NCBI GenBank assembly: GCA_026706895.1
Contig: JAPOXW010000027.1
Span: forward strand, 72,373 to 136,372
Reading direction: 5' to 3'
Source: Gammaproteobacteria bacterium
Lineage (GTDB): Bacteria; Pseudomonadota; Gammaproteobacteria; Poriferisulfidales; Poriferisulfidaceae
DNA length: 64,000 bases
In this document: positions 40,357 to 50,301 of the stretch, in pieces
Position numbering within the stretch: the first letter of the stretch is position 1
Layout: the number at the start of each line of letters is the position of its first letter
Notes under the pieces: model-generated
Told to the model about the DNA's origin: nothing
The model's database searches: none
Seen by the model: only the letters and a program-made list of their open reading frames with translations
Translations under genes and position numbers: made by a program

Positions 40357-41897
40357 CCGCCCCCCCAGTGCAGGAATGCCAACCAGCCAGACATTGCCAA
40401 CGCCGCGATTGCGACAGCTGCCAGCCAGAGGCGGGTGTGTTTGAGCTTGCGCCGGGAAGTTTCGAGTCTCGTTTGAAGCGCCGGCGAAGGATCCGGCGGT
40501 GGAGTGGCCGGAGGATCTCCAAGGAAATGCTCGACCATCTGCGGGAGGCGATGGCGCACAAGCCGAACCAGCGCAAACAACCCGGTCTGCTCGCTCACCC
40601 AGCGATCCATGAAAGGCTTGGCGGTAGTCCACAGGTCTAGATCCGGGTACAGTTCGCGACCGACACCTTCGATATTGACCAGAGTTTTCTGCAGCAGCAG
40701 CAGTTGCGGCTGCACTTCCATCTGGAAGCGGCTCGCAGTCTGGAACAGCCGCAACAGCAGGTTCGCGAACGAAATCTCGGAAAACGGCCGCTGGAAGATC
40801 GGCTCGCATACCGTGCGGATAGCCGCTTCGAAATCCGCGACCCGGGTCCCGGGCGGCACCCAACCGGATTCCACGTGCAATTCCGCCACCCGTCGGTAGT
40901 CGTTGTTGAAGAAGGCCGCTAGGTTGAACGCCAGGTAGCGCTGATCGGAAGCCGACAGCGATCCCATGATGCCAAAATCCACCGCACTGTATTTCGGCGA
41001 CTCCGGAGTCTCCCGGGAGATGAAGATGTTGCCGGGATGCATGTCGGCATGGAAGAAATTGTGGTCGAACACCTGGGTGAAGAAAATCTCCACGCCCCGC
41101 TCGGCCAAGCATTTCAGGTCGACTCCATGACGCACCAATTCCTCGCGGTCCGAGATCTGGATCCCGTAGATGCGCTCCATGGTCATGACGTCCCGGGCGG
41201 TGTAGTCCCAGAACACTTCCGGCACGTAAAGCAGTTCGCTGTTCTCGAAGTTGCGGCGCAGTTGGCTGGCATTGGCAGCTTCGCGCGTCAGATCCAGCTC
41301 GTCAAAAATAACGCCTTCGTATTCGGTCACCAGATCTACCGGATGCAAGCGCCGGGATCCCTCCCAGACTCGTTCGAGAAACCGGGCCAATCGGTACATC
41401 ATCCGGATGTCGCGGCGAATCGTCTTCTCGATCCCGGGACGCAGCACCTTGACGATGACGTCGGTATCACCCAGGCGCGCCGCGTGGACCTGGGCTACCG
41501 AGGCGGAGGCGAGCGGCGTGGTGTCGAACTGGCTGAACATCTCCTGTATCGGGCGTTCCAACGACTGCTCGATGACCTTGCGCGCCGCCTCCCCGTCGAA
41601 TGGCGGCACCCGATCCTGAAGCAGGGCCAGTTCGTCGGCCAAGTCAGTGGGAAGCAAGTCGCGCCGGGTCGACAGCATCTGCCCAAACTTGACGAAAATG
41701 GGCCCCAGGTCTTCCAGCGCGCGCCGAATGCGCTCCGCCTGCGGCCTGCGCAACCGGCGGAACCAGTTCCAGGGCAGCAAATAAAGCAGTGCACGTCCCA
41801 GCCGGAACCGGGACAGGGCGATTTCATCGAGGCCGTGGTGCAGCAGCACCCACGGGATATAAAGCGGTCGCGCGAGAATGCGCCCTTGTCCGTTCAT
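40353..41897 (-). CDS. ubiB: Ubiquinone biosynthesis protein UbiB (ABC1 atypical kinase)
   Basis: 514 aa ABC1/ADCK-like kinase fold ([23 protein letters not shown]) with a C-terminal TM anchor. Confidence 0.9.
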   Translation of the reverse strand: MNGQGRILARPLYIPWVLLHHGLDEIALSRFRLGRALLYLLPWNWFRRLRRPQAERIRRALEDLGPIFVKFGQMLSTRRDLLPTDLADELALLQDRVPPFDGEAARKVIEQSLERPIQEMFSQFDTTPLASASVAQVHAARLGDTDVIVKVLRPGIEKTIRRDIRMMYRLARFLERVWEGSRRLHPVDLVTEYEGVIFDELDLTREAANASQLRRNFENSELLYVPEVFWDYTARDVMTMERIYGIQISDREELVRHGVDLKCLAERGVEIFFTQVFDHNFFHADMHPGNIFISRETPESPKYSAVDFGIMGSLSASDQRYLAFNLAAFFNNDYRRVAELHVESGWVPPGTRVADFEAAIRTVCEPIFQRPFSEISFANLLLRLFQTASRFQMEVQPQLLLLQKTLVNIEGVGRELYPDLDLWTTAKPFMDRWVSEQTGLFALVRLVRHRLPQMVEHFLGDPPATPPPDPSPALQTRLETSRRKLKHTRLWLAAVAIAALAMSGWLAFLHWGGG

Positions 41898-42460
41898 GGC
41901 TGGATGCGGTCAATCCGCATTTCAAACCGCTCCAGGTCATCGCGCAGCCGGTCCACCTCGCGCACGAAGCGGTCGAGTTCGGAGGAGCTCGGCAGCAAGC
42001 CCGATTCCTCGTGCAGGTAGTCCCGGGCATTGCTTTCGGCCGCCCCGCCGAAATTACGGGCCACCTGCCGGCATTCCTCAAGGGTTCGCATCATCAGCCG
42101 GGCCGGCACGTCGCCAACGGCGCGCGACAGCAGTTCCTCCCAGTCGATATCCAAGGCGGCCAGAAAGTCGCGCAAATCCTGTGCGATCTCGCCCTCACCC
42201 TCCAGGTGGATCCCGTCGGCCCGGTCGCTGAGCACGTACCGGACGAAGGCCGCCAGATGCCCACGGACCGCAAGGTCTGCCTCTTCTCCCGGAGATTCCA
42301 GAGTCAATTTCCCGTCGTCGATGTGCAATCCGATGGAAGGCAGCGGCAGGAGTTCCAGCCGAATCGTGCGCCGGCCCATCGCACGCAGACGCTTCTGCGA
42401 CTCTTCGTCGGTGCGCAGGGCCTGGTCGATGAGGGCGGAAAGTGAAGCAAACATAAGCAT
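41894..42460 (-). CDS. ubiJ: Ubiquinone biosynthesis accessory factor UbiJ (SCP2 domain)
   Basis: 188 aa sitting immediately upstream of and overlapping ubiB, as yigP/ubiJ does in E. coli. N-terminal SCP2-like region. Confidence 0.65.
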   Translation of the reverse strand: MLMFASLSALIDQALRTDEESQKRLRAMGRRTIRLELLPLPSIGLHIDDGKLTLESPGEEADLAVRGHLAAFVRYVLSDRADGIHLEGEGEIAQDLRDFLAALDIDWEELLSRAVGDVPARLMMRTLEECRQVARNFGGAAESNARDYLHEESGLLPSSSELDRFVREVDRLRDDLERFEMRIDRIQP

Positions 42461-42524
42461 ACAGCCGCTCTTGGAGCGACGGTCTCTTGTTTCAGATTAT
42501 AGATTGAGGATTCCAGTGGAGAAT

Positions 42525-43440
42525 TCAGACCACCCTTGGTCGTATCAGAATCTTTTGAGGCGAGGTTCGCGGCTGGCTATCTGTCGCATGACCAGCGTGA
42601 TCTTCTCCGCCTGCGGGTAGGCTGCGGCAAGCTTCTCCAGGAATCGGGCCCAGTCTGTTTTCGTCCTGCGCACGGTGACTTGGGTCATCCGCTTTCCCGC
42701 CAAGGGTTCGGTGGCCAGGAACACGGTGCCCGTGCCGAGACGGCGGTACTCGTAGTCCTGACGGGCATCCCGGCCCGGGCTCATCGGTATCGGCACGCGG
42801 GTCTCCCCGATCAGCTGGCGTGGCGTCTCGTCCATGCACACCACCGGAAAGGCCGGATCGTACGGACGACGGTACACCTCGAGCACCCGCTCCATGGCCG
42901 CCACGAAATGGCCATTGCCCTGCGGCGGAATCACCCAGCCGACCCGTCGCCAAGGCTTGAGTTCGTTTTTTTTAGCACGCGACGCACCGTCTCGTAGGAG
43001 ATGCTCTCGACATAACCCAGCTCCACCGCCCGGTCCGCCAACAGCCGCAAGGACCACTGGGCATGCCCCGAGGGAGGCGCCGTGCAACTCAAGGCCACCA
43101 GGCGCGCCTCGAACTCCCCGTCCGCCTTGCGCAGGTAAGTCGGCCGCTTGCCTTGGCGACCGCCCAGGGCCGCTTCCAGTCCCTCTTCGACAAAGCGCTT
43201 CTTCACCCGGTCCACCTTGCGAAGGCTGACCCGCAGGATGCCCGCGATCGATTCCCCGGTCGTCTGGCGTTCATTGAACTTCCCTGCATCGCAGTTCAGG
43301 AGAATCAAGGCGTTGATCACTTTCTGGGAAGCGTGAGAACCCTTGCGCGTCATCTCGCCCAGGTCCGATCGCTCCGACTGATCCAGGGTTACTACATAGC
43401 GTTTCATGGCTGCCCTTCCCTCCATGCAGGATAACACGGC
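42525..43440 (-). mobile_element. IS630-family insertion sequence remnant (two-ORF transposase, 3'-truncated)
   Basis: OrfA (42931-43437) has an HTH N-terminus. OrfB (42545-43087) carries the start of the DDE domain but ends prematurely. An A8 slippery run on the coding strand (T8 on plus at 42966-42973) falls in the orfA/orfB overlap, as at IS630 programmed -1 frameshift sites. Confidence 0.75.
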
Positions 43441-43520
43441 GGGATTTTAGCACCAACTATACGACATTAGATAGATGACATGACACTAGGTGTTATCTGT
43501 AGTATATTTACCCACGATCT

Positions 43521-44711
43521 GTGCACATTTCCCCCCGAACAATGTACTTACAAAGAACAGAGGATTTGAGAAACGAGATTGTTGGCATCCTCCGCCTACA
43601 GGGCTATACCGTTACTGACCATGCCTTTCACTTAGTCGATCCTGGCAAGGAAAAAATGAGGAACCTTCATTCTAGAGCCCGAGCAGAAAAAATCTGCCGG
43701 CACATCAATTTCATGCAGTCACGTGCCTGTAAAGTCAAAGAATTCATGCTTAACAGCGATGAGGTACAGATTGACAAGATCGCCCCCCGGATTATTGAAG
43801 TTCGTGCCAACTCAATCTATGTAGATTTGTTTCGATGGTGGAACCTAGCTTGGTGGAGCCTGCCATATGAACGGACTTATGGAAGACAAATGCGGTTTAT
43901 CGTCTGGGATGAATATCATAATGCGCCAATCGGGTTGATTGGATTGCAAAGTCCGATTTTGCGCTGGAACGTTCGAGACGAACATCTTGGCCTCGCTCCG
44001 GACAAAAGGGATTATTGGATTAACCAATCCATGAATGCGCAACGATTAGGCGCGTTGCCCCCATATAACAAATTCCTCGGCGGAAAACTCGTCGCTTATC
44101 TCATGATGTCTGATGAGATTCGTAAACAGTATCGGGAAAAATACAAAAACCGTGAAACAATCATGATGAAAAGGATGATCCCCCCTCATTTGCTGTTTAT
44201 TACCACAACTGGTGCATACGGGAAAAGCAGTGTTTATAACCGGTTGCGATTCAATGAGAGTCGAGTCTGTGAATTCATCGGCTACAGTCGGGGAAACGGT
44301 TCTTTCCACATACCTGACACACTATATGAAAGTTTGATACATCATCTCGATAAAAATGGGGTCAAAGTAGGTCGGGCTTTCGGTAGCGGTCCTTCTGCAA
44401 AGATCAAAAACATAGACCGGTCAATGCGTCTTTTGGGCTTTAGAAAAGGTAGCAGTCACGGCATCAAGCGCGCTGTCTACTTATTTTCTTTCGTCCAGAA
44501 CCTCCAATCAGTGATTCAGCACAATGAAACACCAATTTGGGAACAGCGTAATATCGATGAATTGACGCAATATTGGAAAGACCGGTGGGCGATAAAAAGA
44601 AATGGTGGCTATCCGAAGGAAAAACTAAGATTCAGGAAGGAAGAGTTCATGTGCTCAATGAAACAGGATTGGGAGCGTTGCAAAAAGTTAATTGAGAGCA
44701 ATCTACCATGA
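43521..44711 (+). CDS. Hypothetical protein, first gene of an AT-rich three-gene module ending in NurA-like and HerA-like genes
   Basis: 396 aa, AT-rich, with no TM segments or signal peptide. No family recognised by eye. Its stop overlaps the next ORF's start as ATGA. Confidence 0.5.
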   Translation: MHISPRTMYLQRTEDLRNEIVGILRLQGYTVTDHAFHLVDPGKEKMRNLHSRARAEKICRHINFMQSRACKVKEFMLNSDEVQIDKIAPRIIEVRANSIYVDLFRWWNLAWWSLPYERTYGRQMRFIVWDEYHNAPIGLIGLQSPILRWNVRDEHLGLAPDKRDYWINQSMNAQRLGALPPYNKFLGGKLVAYLMMSDEIRKQYREKYKNRETIMMKRMIPPHLLFITTTGAYGKSSVYNRLRFNESRVCEFIGYSRGNGSFHIPDTLYESLIHHLDKNGVKVGRAFGSGPSAKIKNIDRSMRLLGFRKGSSHGIKRAVYLFSFVQNLQSVIQHNETPIWEQRNIDELTQYWKDRWAIKRNGGYPKEKLRFRKEEFMCSMKQDWERCKKLIESNLP

Positions 44712-45898
44712 CGCAGGAAAATAAAGGCTATGCCTACCTGCCCGAAGATCTTCTAGTGCAAATACTTGGGAAAATCCCTGAAACCGCCGACCGGTTGGCA
44801 ACAAGTATTGAATTAAATAATGAGCAGGCAACCGCCGCCCGGAGGGTTCTGAAGGAAAGGGATCTGATCAGAGTCTGTCCCGACGGAAATCATACGGAAT
44901 CCATGATGGCAGCTGATGGGGCCTGTATCGTAGAACACAAAACCAGCGCAGACATTTTGCTTGCCATTGCGGTGGGAGTGGATGGCCTTTCTGATGAAGA
45001 TTCGTCAACATGGCCAGAAGGAGAAAGGCAATATCAGCACTGGCAAGCGGTCTTGCCCCATCATGTTGCCAATCCGAGATTGTCACAGGGGATTATGTTC
45101 TTGATGGAACTCAGCATACTTGCTGGAAATGATCGCGAAGTCAAAATCATGGATGGGTCGCATTTGACTTCCATACTCAAACTCAACAGCCTCTTGAGCG
45201 CCAATGATCAGGATGCGGCAGATCAACCATATGTCCAAGCACTTTCGGATTTCTTACACGAGAATTACGAAAAAGTGATTCCAGACATTCCGAATATAAT
45301 TCGTGACGCTTTTTCCGATAGTGCGGTGGTTGGATTGACCAAATATTCTTCTTCCCGCGAGATTATTGATACAGTTTTACGAGAGACACAAATCGATATG
45401 GACGATAAAGTGTTTATGTCAATCGTCCTGAATGAGAACGAATATACGAAACCGCTCACAGTTGGACAATGCCGCAAGGAACGAGGTATGTGGAAAAACG
45501 TACACATGAAATGCAATCTGGAGATTGAGGGGGTAGACAATGACTCGGAACTAAATCCATGTCTGGAAGAGGCTATTGCCCCATTCAAGATAACGGATAA
45601 TCACGAATCAGAACTTTACTTTTGCTATTACAAGCCGAATTCATACTCATCAGCTCACAGGATTGAAATCAAACAGGAACTTGCGCTTGATTCAGGAAAA
45701 TTGGAAAAAATGTTCCGGAGTGTCAAGCGTCAAATTATCTCTCCAGAAATCAGGGAGCCATACCCCCAGTACCTAGCAGACATCATAGCCAAAAACATCT
45801 CTTTCGGTATGGAAGCGATAAATCAGGCTATCAGCCACAACCCGACTCTTAATACCCAGAAGAATTTTGATTTGATTTTTCCTTACCGCACTAACTGA
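44708..45898 (+). CDS. Probable NurA-family nuclease
   Basis: 396 aa. Assigned mainly by its conserved pairing immediately upstream of a HerA-type ATPase, plus DG[SL] acidic motifs (VGVDGLSDED, KIMDGSHL). Fold not verified. Confidence 0.4.
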   Translation: MTQENKGYAYLPEDLLVQILGKIPETADRLATSIELNNEQATAARRVLKERDLIRVCPDGNHTESMMAADGACIVEHKTSADILLAIAVGVDGLSDEDSSTWPEGERQYQHWQAVLPHHVANPRLSQGIMFLMELSILAGNDREVKIMDGSHLTSILKLNSLLSANDQDAADQPYVQALSDFLHENYEKVIPDIPNIIRDAFSDSAVVGLTKYSSSREIIDTVLRETQIDMDDKVFMSIVLNENEYTKPLTVGQCRKERGMWKNVHMKCNLEIEGVDNDSELNPCLEEAIAPFKITDNHESELYFCYYKPNSYSSAHRIEIKQELALDSGKLEKMFRSVKRQIISPEIREPYPQYLADIIAKNISFGMEAINQAISHNPTLNTQKNFDLIFPYRTN

Positions 45899-45920
45899 AA
45901 AACAAACGTTCACGACTAAC

Positions 45921-47627
45921 ATGAATATTATTTCTATTCTTGAAAGCGATAATGAACCGCTGGGAGTAGTCGGTTCTCCGAGCAGTTCTTTTGAGGCAAT
46001 TGTTGATATAAAAGAAGTGAGCGAGTCAAGCAAACTGTTGGGAGAACTGGTATGTTTTCAGGTCCCAGAAGGCGACAATCAAGTGCTTGTCCTCGGCCAG
46101 ATTACTGAAATCGAGACCAGAAACAGATGGCATGAGGAACCGTCATTTAAGGGAATCATCAAGCGGCACGGGAATCTGCCCAATCTGAGCGGTGTTGCCG
46201 ACAATCGAATCGCCAAAATTAATGTCCAATCCAGTTTCATCCTGGCCGGTGATTCTCCGCAGGCACATAAACTTGCAAACTCTCCTACAACTGGCACTCC
46301 CGTGAAGAAAATAAGCAACACCATCATGGAAGAACTCATGAGGCAATATGAGGGCCATCTTGTCTGCCTTGGGACTGCCTACGACACGGATGTCAAAGTG
46401 CCATTCTGGTTCAGACATTTTGGCAGTCCGAGTGATGGAGGAGGGGGCGACGCTTATCACATTGGGGTTTTTGGTCGAACCGGGTCCGGCAAAACAACAA
46501 CTGCCGCTAACATGATTCTAGGATACGCCCGGAATAGGGAAAACATGAGTATTTTGATACTTGACCCACAAGAGCAATTTTATGAAGACAACAATGTACT
46601 ACCCGGAGGAAACAAATTCGAGGATGCAATAAAGCAAACCGGGATGCAGTTCAAAAAGTACAAGGTCCCAGAGGATATCGCCTTGCCCAATGATGAAAAA
46701 TTGTTCAGCGAACTGCTTTTGAATTACAACTTTGTAAGAAGGGCATTCAGATTGCACTCTTCGGAGAAACAGACGCTGATGGCGGAATCGATACAAGACT
46801 ACATTACAGGAAGAATGAATGATCCCAGTTTCATAATCGGAGATGAAAATAGTGATACTCTTCTTGCCAAGATGGTTCAAAAATTCAATGACGATGAAAA
46901 ATATCTTAAAAATGTCTATTCAAGCGGCCAGTACTTCAACAATCTAAAGAGACGAATTGAGAGCATGGTGGGGGACAGTGTAGATTCTGAAGCAAAGCAA
47001 ATATGGGCGCATGTCTGTAGCCTATTTAAATCTGATGGGAAAAAGGGGCTAGCTCAAGTGGTCGAATCAGTGGTAGGCAAGCCAAACAATCTTATTGTGC
47101 TCAACATCTCGGGAAGGCATGCCACAAGCGGGATGGAGTCCCTCCAAACACTCTTCATCAAGATTATCGAAGATGCCGTGAAGAAAAGGGGGGCAGATCT
47201 ATATGCCCAAGGAAGCCAAGCAAACTGTCTAGTCGTGCTAGACGAGGCTCACCGGTTTATCAGCACATACAGCTACGACCAAGAACTCAAGGACTTGACT
47301 ACTAGCATCGTTGATGCTGTCCGGACTACGCGGAAATATGGAATTGGCTATATGTTCATTACACAAACCATTGATTCGCTCCACGAGGAAATCAGAAGAC
47401 AGATCAGAATTTTTGCATTTGGGTATGGGCTCACGAGCGGTTCGGAGTTTCGCAAGATACAAGACACCATCAATGACGATACAGGGGCTAAATTTTACCG
47501 GTCCTTCATTGATCCATCGAGTAACAACAAGTTTCCGTTTATGTTTTATGGTCCGATTTCCCCTCTTTCCTTCACGGGAACACCTCTTTTTCTGGAAGTG
47601 GGCAAACAAATCAAGGACTTCCCTTAG
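45921..47627 (+). CDS. HerA-type (FtsK/HerA superfamily, DUF87) ATPase/helicase
   Basis: 568 aa. N-terminal HAS-barrel-like region. Walker A is GVFGRTGSGKTTTAANM and Walker B is CLVVLDEAHRF. The RKYGIGYMFITQ arginine-finger/sensor block is typical of HerA/VirB4-like ATPases. Confidence 0.8.
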   Translation: MNIISILESDNEPLGVVGSPSSSFEAIVDIKEVSESSKLLGELVCFQVPEGDNQVLVLGQITEIETRNRWHEEPSFKGIIKRHGNLPNLSGVADNRIAKINVQSSFILAGDSPQAHKLANSPTTGTPVKKISNTIMEELMRQYEGHLVCLGTAYDTDVKVPFWFRHFGSPSDGGGGDAYHIGVFGRTGSGKTTTAANMILGYARNRENMSILILDPQEQFYEDNNVLPGGNKFEDAIKQTGMQFKKYKVPEDIALPNDEKLFSELLLNYNFVRRAFRLHSSEKQTLMAESIQDYITGRMNDPSFIIGDENSDTLLAKMVQKFNDDEKYLKNVYSSGQYFNNLKRRIESMVGDSVDSEAKQIWAHVCSLFKSDGKKGLAQVVESVVGKPNNLIVLNISGRHATSGMESLQTLFIKIIEDAVKKRGADLYAQGSQANCLVVLDEAHRFISTYSYDQELKDLTTSIVDAVRTTRKYGIGYMFITQTIDSLHEEIRRQIRIFAFGYGLTSGSEFRKIQDTINDDTGAKFYRSFIDPSSNNKFPFMFYGPISPLSFTGTPLFLEVGKQIKDFP

Positions 47628-47636
47628 CACAAAACA

Positions 47637-48416
47637 ATGCCTATTTACAACCGTCTGCTTCTTCTGGGTCTGCTGGCTTCACTCGGTGGAATCATACATG
47701 CCGCAGATTTGCCGTTCTCCTTGGGCGCGGACTCCGGGCTGCAGATCGCCGTGCGACTGATTCCGGACAAGACCCCAGAAGAACCGTCATCGGACGGCAG
47801 TATCGAGGAAGAGGGCGCGGAATCTCCGGAACAGGCGGAAGAAGGTGCGCCTTCCGCACAAACTCCCGGTGTCCCGGCCTCACAGGAGGACCGCGGCGAA
47901 GATCAAGGCCTTTTGGAGAGTCCGGAAGAGGGTCAGCCGGCCGCAGGCCAGGAAACCGCCGGTGAAACCGAAGGTCCCGGTATCGAAGACGGGCTCGAAA
48001 GGGAACCGGAACTTGCGGAACAGGCCAGTATCGAAGAAGGGCAAGAGAAGGATCTGTCCCGAATCGAGGCCGTGTTGAACCGTGTTGACCAGATCCTGCT
48101 GGACGCGCGAACCCGAGCCCGCAAAGAGCGGGAAGGAACAGTCGATGGCGAAGGGACAGCAGAAGAAGATTTGCCGGATTGGGAGACACAGGGCGAAGGC
48201 GAAGGGGAAGCTGCGGAGGAAGGAGCCGAACGCGGCGGAGTCGCCGAGGGCCAGGTCCCCGGCGATGTCCCGACCGGCAAGACGCGTCCGACTCACGGCT
48301 ACGAGGGTGACGACGACATCGTGACCCGGCAGGTCTGCGAACTGGCGCAACGGGAGGAAGATCCCGAGGTCCGCAAACAGCTGGAGCAAAAATGCAAGAG
48401 CCTGCGAGACAGTTAA
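47637..48416 (+). CDS. Secreted acidic low-complexity protein (first gene of the envelope operon)
   Basis: Signal peptide MPIYNRLLLLGLLASLGGIIHA, then a Glu/Gly/Pro-rich disordered region and a C-terminal Cys pair. Host-like GC. Its stop overlaps the next ORF. Confidence 0.5.
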   Translation: MPIYNRLLLLGLLASLGGIIHAADLPFSLGADSGLQIAVRLIPDKTPEEPSSDGSIEEEGAESPEQAEEGAPSAQTPGVPASQEDRGEDQGLLESPEEGQPAAGQETAGETEGPGIEDGLEREPELAEQASIEEGQEKDLSRIEAVLNRVDQILLDARTRARKEREGTVDGEGTAEEDLPDWETQGEGEGEAAEEGAERGGVAEGQVPGDVPTGKTRPTHGYEGDDDIVTRQVCELAQREEDPEVRKQLEQKCKSLRDS

Positions 48417-49576
48417 CCCTGATGGCCTTGCTGCTGGCCTTCGCCAGCGGATGCCAGACCGGCATGTCCGGCATCACCGGGGGCCTGTTCGAAGCATCGT
48501 CGGAAGAGCCGGCCGTCGAGCCGGTGCCGGAAGAATGGTATCTGGATGCCGGCATTATCCGGTTCAAGGGGGAAGTCGACCAAAAGGAAGTCGCCGAGGG
48601 GGACGTGTTCCCCCAGGTGCGGAAAGCCGAAACCCTGTACTTTCCCCAGCAGTTGCGCCAAGCGATGCTGCGCGGGGGTGGCTGGCGGCATGTGTGGGTG
48701 GTGCCGGAACGCGCCGTTCCGGACCTGCGCATCGAGGGCGCGATCCTGAAATCGAACGGCTCCGAACTGGATCTGAAAATCCTTGCCACCGACTCGACCG
48801 GCGAGCAGTGGCTCGATCGCGTCTATCGCCATGAATTCAGCGAAACCGATTACGCCGGCGAAGATCGGGCCCGGCCGATGGAGGCCCTGTTCGACCAGAT
48901 CGCAAAAGATCTCCTGGTCGAACGCGACCGCAAGGGAGTAGCGGCCATGAAGGAGATCCGCGCCGTGGCGGAACTGCGGTTCGCGGAGGAATTCGCACCG
49001 CAGGCGTTCGAACGTTACGTCAATGAAGATAAGGGCCGCACGCGCTTGGTTTCGCTGCCGGCCGAAGAAGACACGTTGTACCAGCTGGTGCTGCAAATCA
49101 AGGAGCGCGACGACCTCTTCATCGAGACCCTGCAGCAATACTCGGAGGGTTTTTCGGAAAAGATCGATGCGTCGTATCGGGACTGGGCACGGCAGAGCTT
49201 CTACGAACGCCGTGCGCATGACGAGGGAGTTGCCGCCAGCGTAACGCAGGGGCTTCTGAGCGCCCTGGCCATCATTGGCGGAGTCGTGGTGGCGGCCGAC
49301 TCAGGGTCTTCCCCGGAAGCCCGCCAGCTTGGCCAAGTGCTGGTGGGGGCCGGCGCCTACGGCGCCTATGATGCCTACCAGGACTACGAAGCAACGGAAA
49401 TCCACGAGGCCGCGCTCAAGGAGCTCGGGCAGTCGCTCGACCTGGAGGTGGAACCTCAGGTCGTGCAAGTAGAGAACCAGACACGCACGCTTACCGGGTC
49501 GGTCGAAGACCAGTACCAGCAGTGGCACGAAATCCTGAACGAAATCTACCTGTCGGAACGTGGCGCCCTGAACTGA
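48392..49576 (+). CDS. Lipoprotein of unknown function
   Basis: Signal peptide with lipobox (LLLAFASGC). 394 aa with no recognised domain. Translationally coupled on both sides. Confidence 0.55.
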   Translation: MQEPARQLTLMALLLAFASGCQTGMSGITGGLFEASSEEPAVEPVPEEWYLDAGIIRFKGEVDQKEVAEGDVFPQVRKAETLYFPQQLRQAMLRGGGWRHVWVVPERAVPDLRIEGAILKSNGSELDLKILATDSTGEQWLDRVYRHEFSETDYAGEDRARPMEALFDQIAKDLLVERDRKGVAAMKEIRAVAELRFAEEFAPQAFERYVNEDKGRTRLVSLPAEEDTLYQLVLQIKERDDLFIETLQQYSEGFSEKIDASYRDWARQSFYERRAHDEGVAASVTQGLLSALAIIGGVVVAADSGSSPEARQLGQVLVGAGAYGAYDAYQDYEATEIHEAALKELGQSLDLEVEPQVVQVENQTRTLTGSVEDQYQQWHEILNEIYLSERGALN

Positions 49577-50301
49577 TTTCGGTTGCACTGGCGCTGGCGG
49601 CGGGACTGGCCGCAGGAACCGCCGCGGCCGAGAGCATCCAGGATCAGGCGCTTCGTGCCATGCTTGATTCGAACTGGGCCCGGGCGGTCGAGTTGTGGGC
49701 GGAAGTGGACGGGCGACGAGCCCGGGAATACCTTCAGCAGGCTCGGGCGGAACTCCAGTTTCAGCGAACCCGGTCCCTGCTGAACGAGGCCCGTGCAGCC
49801 CGACAGAAAGAAGACTGGGCGGCGGCCGATGCCGCCTACCTCAAGGCGCTGGCCATCTCCCCCCATTTGAAGTCGGCGCACCAAGGCCGAGAACAGGTTG
49901 CCCTGTACATCGAGGCATACCGGCGGCTGGATGCATTGAAACTGCCGGAAGGCCTCTACGACAAAGTCATCCGCGCCCGAGCGAAAGAGTGGCTTGCCTT
50001 CATCCGAGAAAAACAACTCGATGACCGGAAGATAGACAAGGCCCGCACGGGACTTGTCGAGGCATTGAAGCTTGCGCAAACCCCGGTCTCCCTGATCCTG
50101 ACTTCGGACAACCAGTCCGAGATTGAAATTTACGGCATCGGGAAACTCGGACGGCTCGAACGCCAGACCCTGAAGTTGGTCCCGGGCGATTACATCGTCG
50201 TCGCCAACCGACCCGGATACCGAGATACGCGCGCGACGTTGAGAATACGCCCTGGTAAGGCTCTTACCCTGGACATTCGATGCACGGAGTCGATCCGGTG
50301 A
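49522..50301 (+). CDS. Secreted protein with C-terminal PEGA domain
   Basis: N-terminal hydrophobic signal-like segment, a helical/TPR-like middle, and a C-terminal PEGA-type beta-sandwich motif (LKLVPGDYIVVANRPGYRDTRATLRIRPGK). Confidence 0.5.
   Translation: MARNPERNLPVGTWRPELISVALALAAGLAAGTAAAESIQDQALRAMLDSNWARAVELWAEVDGRRAREYLQQARAELQFQRTRSLLNEARAARQKEDWAAADAAYLKALAISPHLKSAHQGREQVALYIEAYRRLDALKLPEGLYDKVIRARAKEWLAFIREKQLDDRKIDKARTGLVEALKLAQTPVSLILTSDNQSEIEIYGIGKLGRLERQTLKLVPGDYIVVANRPGYRDTRATLRIRPGKALTLDIRCTESIR

Noticed and set aside
43521-44711. Tentative idea that the first gene of the HerA module is a Druantia DruA-like (DUF4338) protein
   Set aside because: I cannot recall diagnostic DUF4338 motifs well enough to support this. 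Druantia also pairs DruA with a DUF1998 helicase, not NurA/HerA, so I left the gene as hypothetical.
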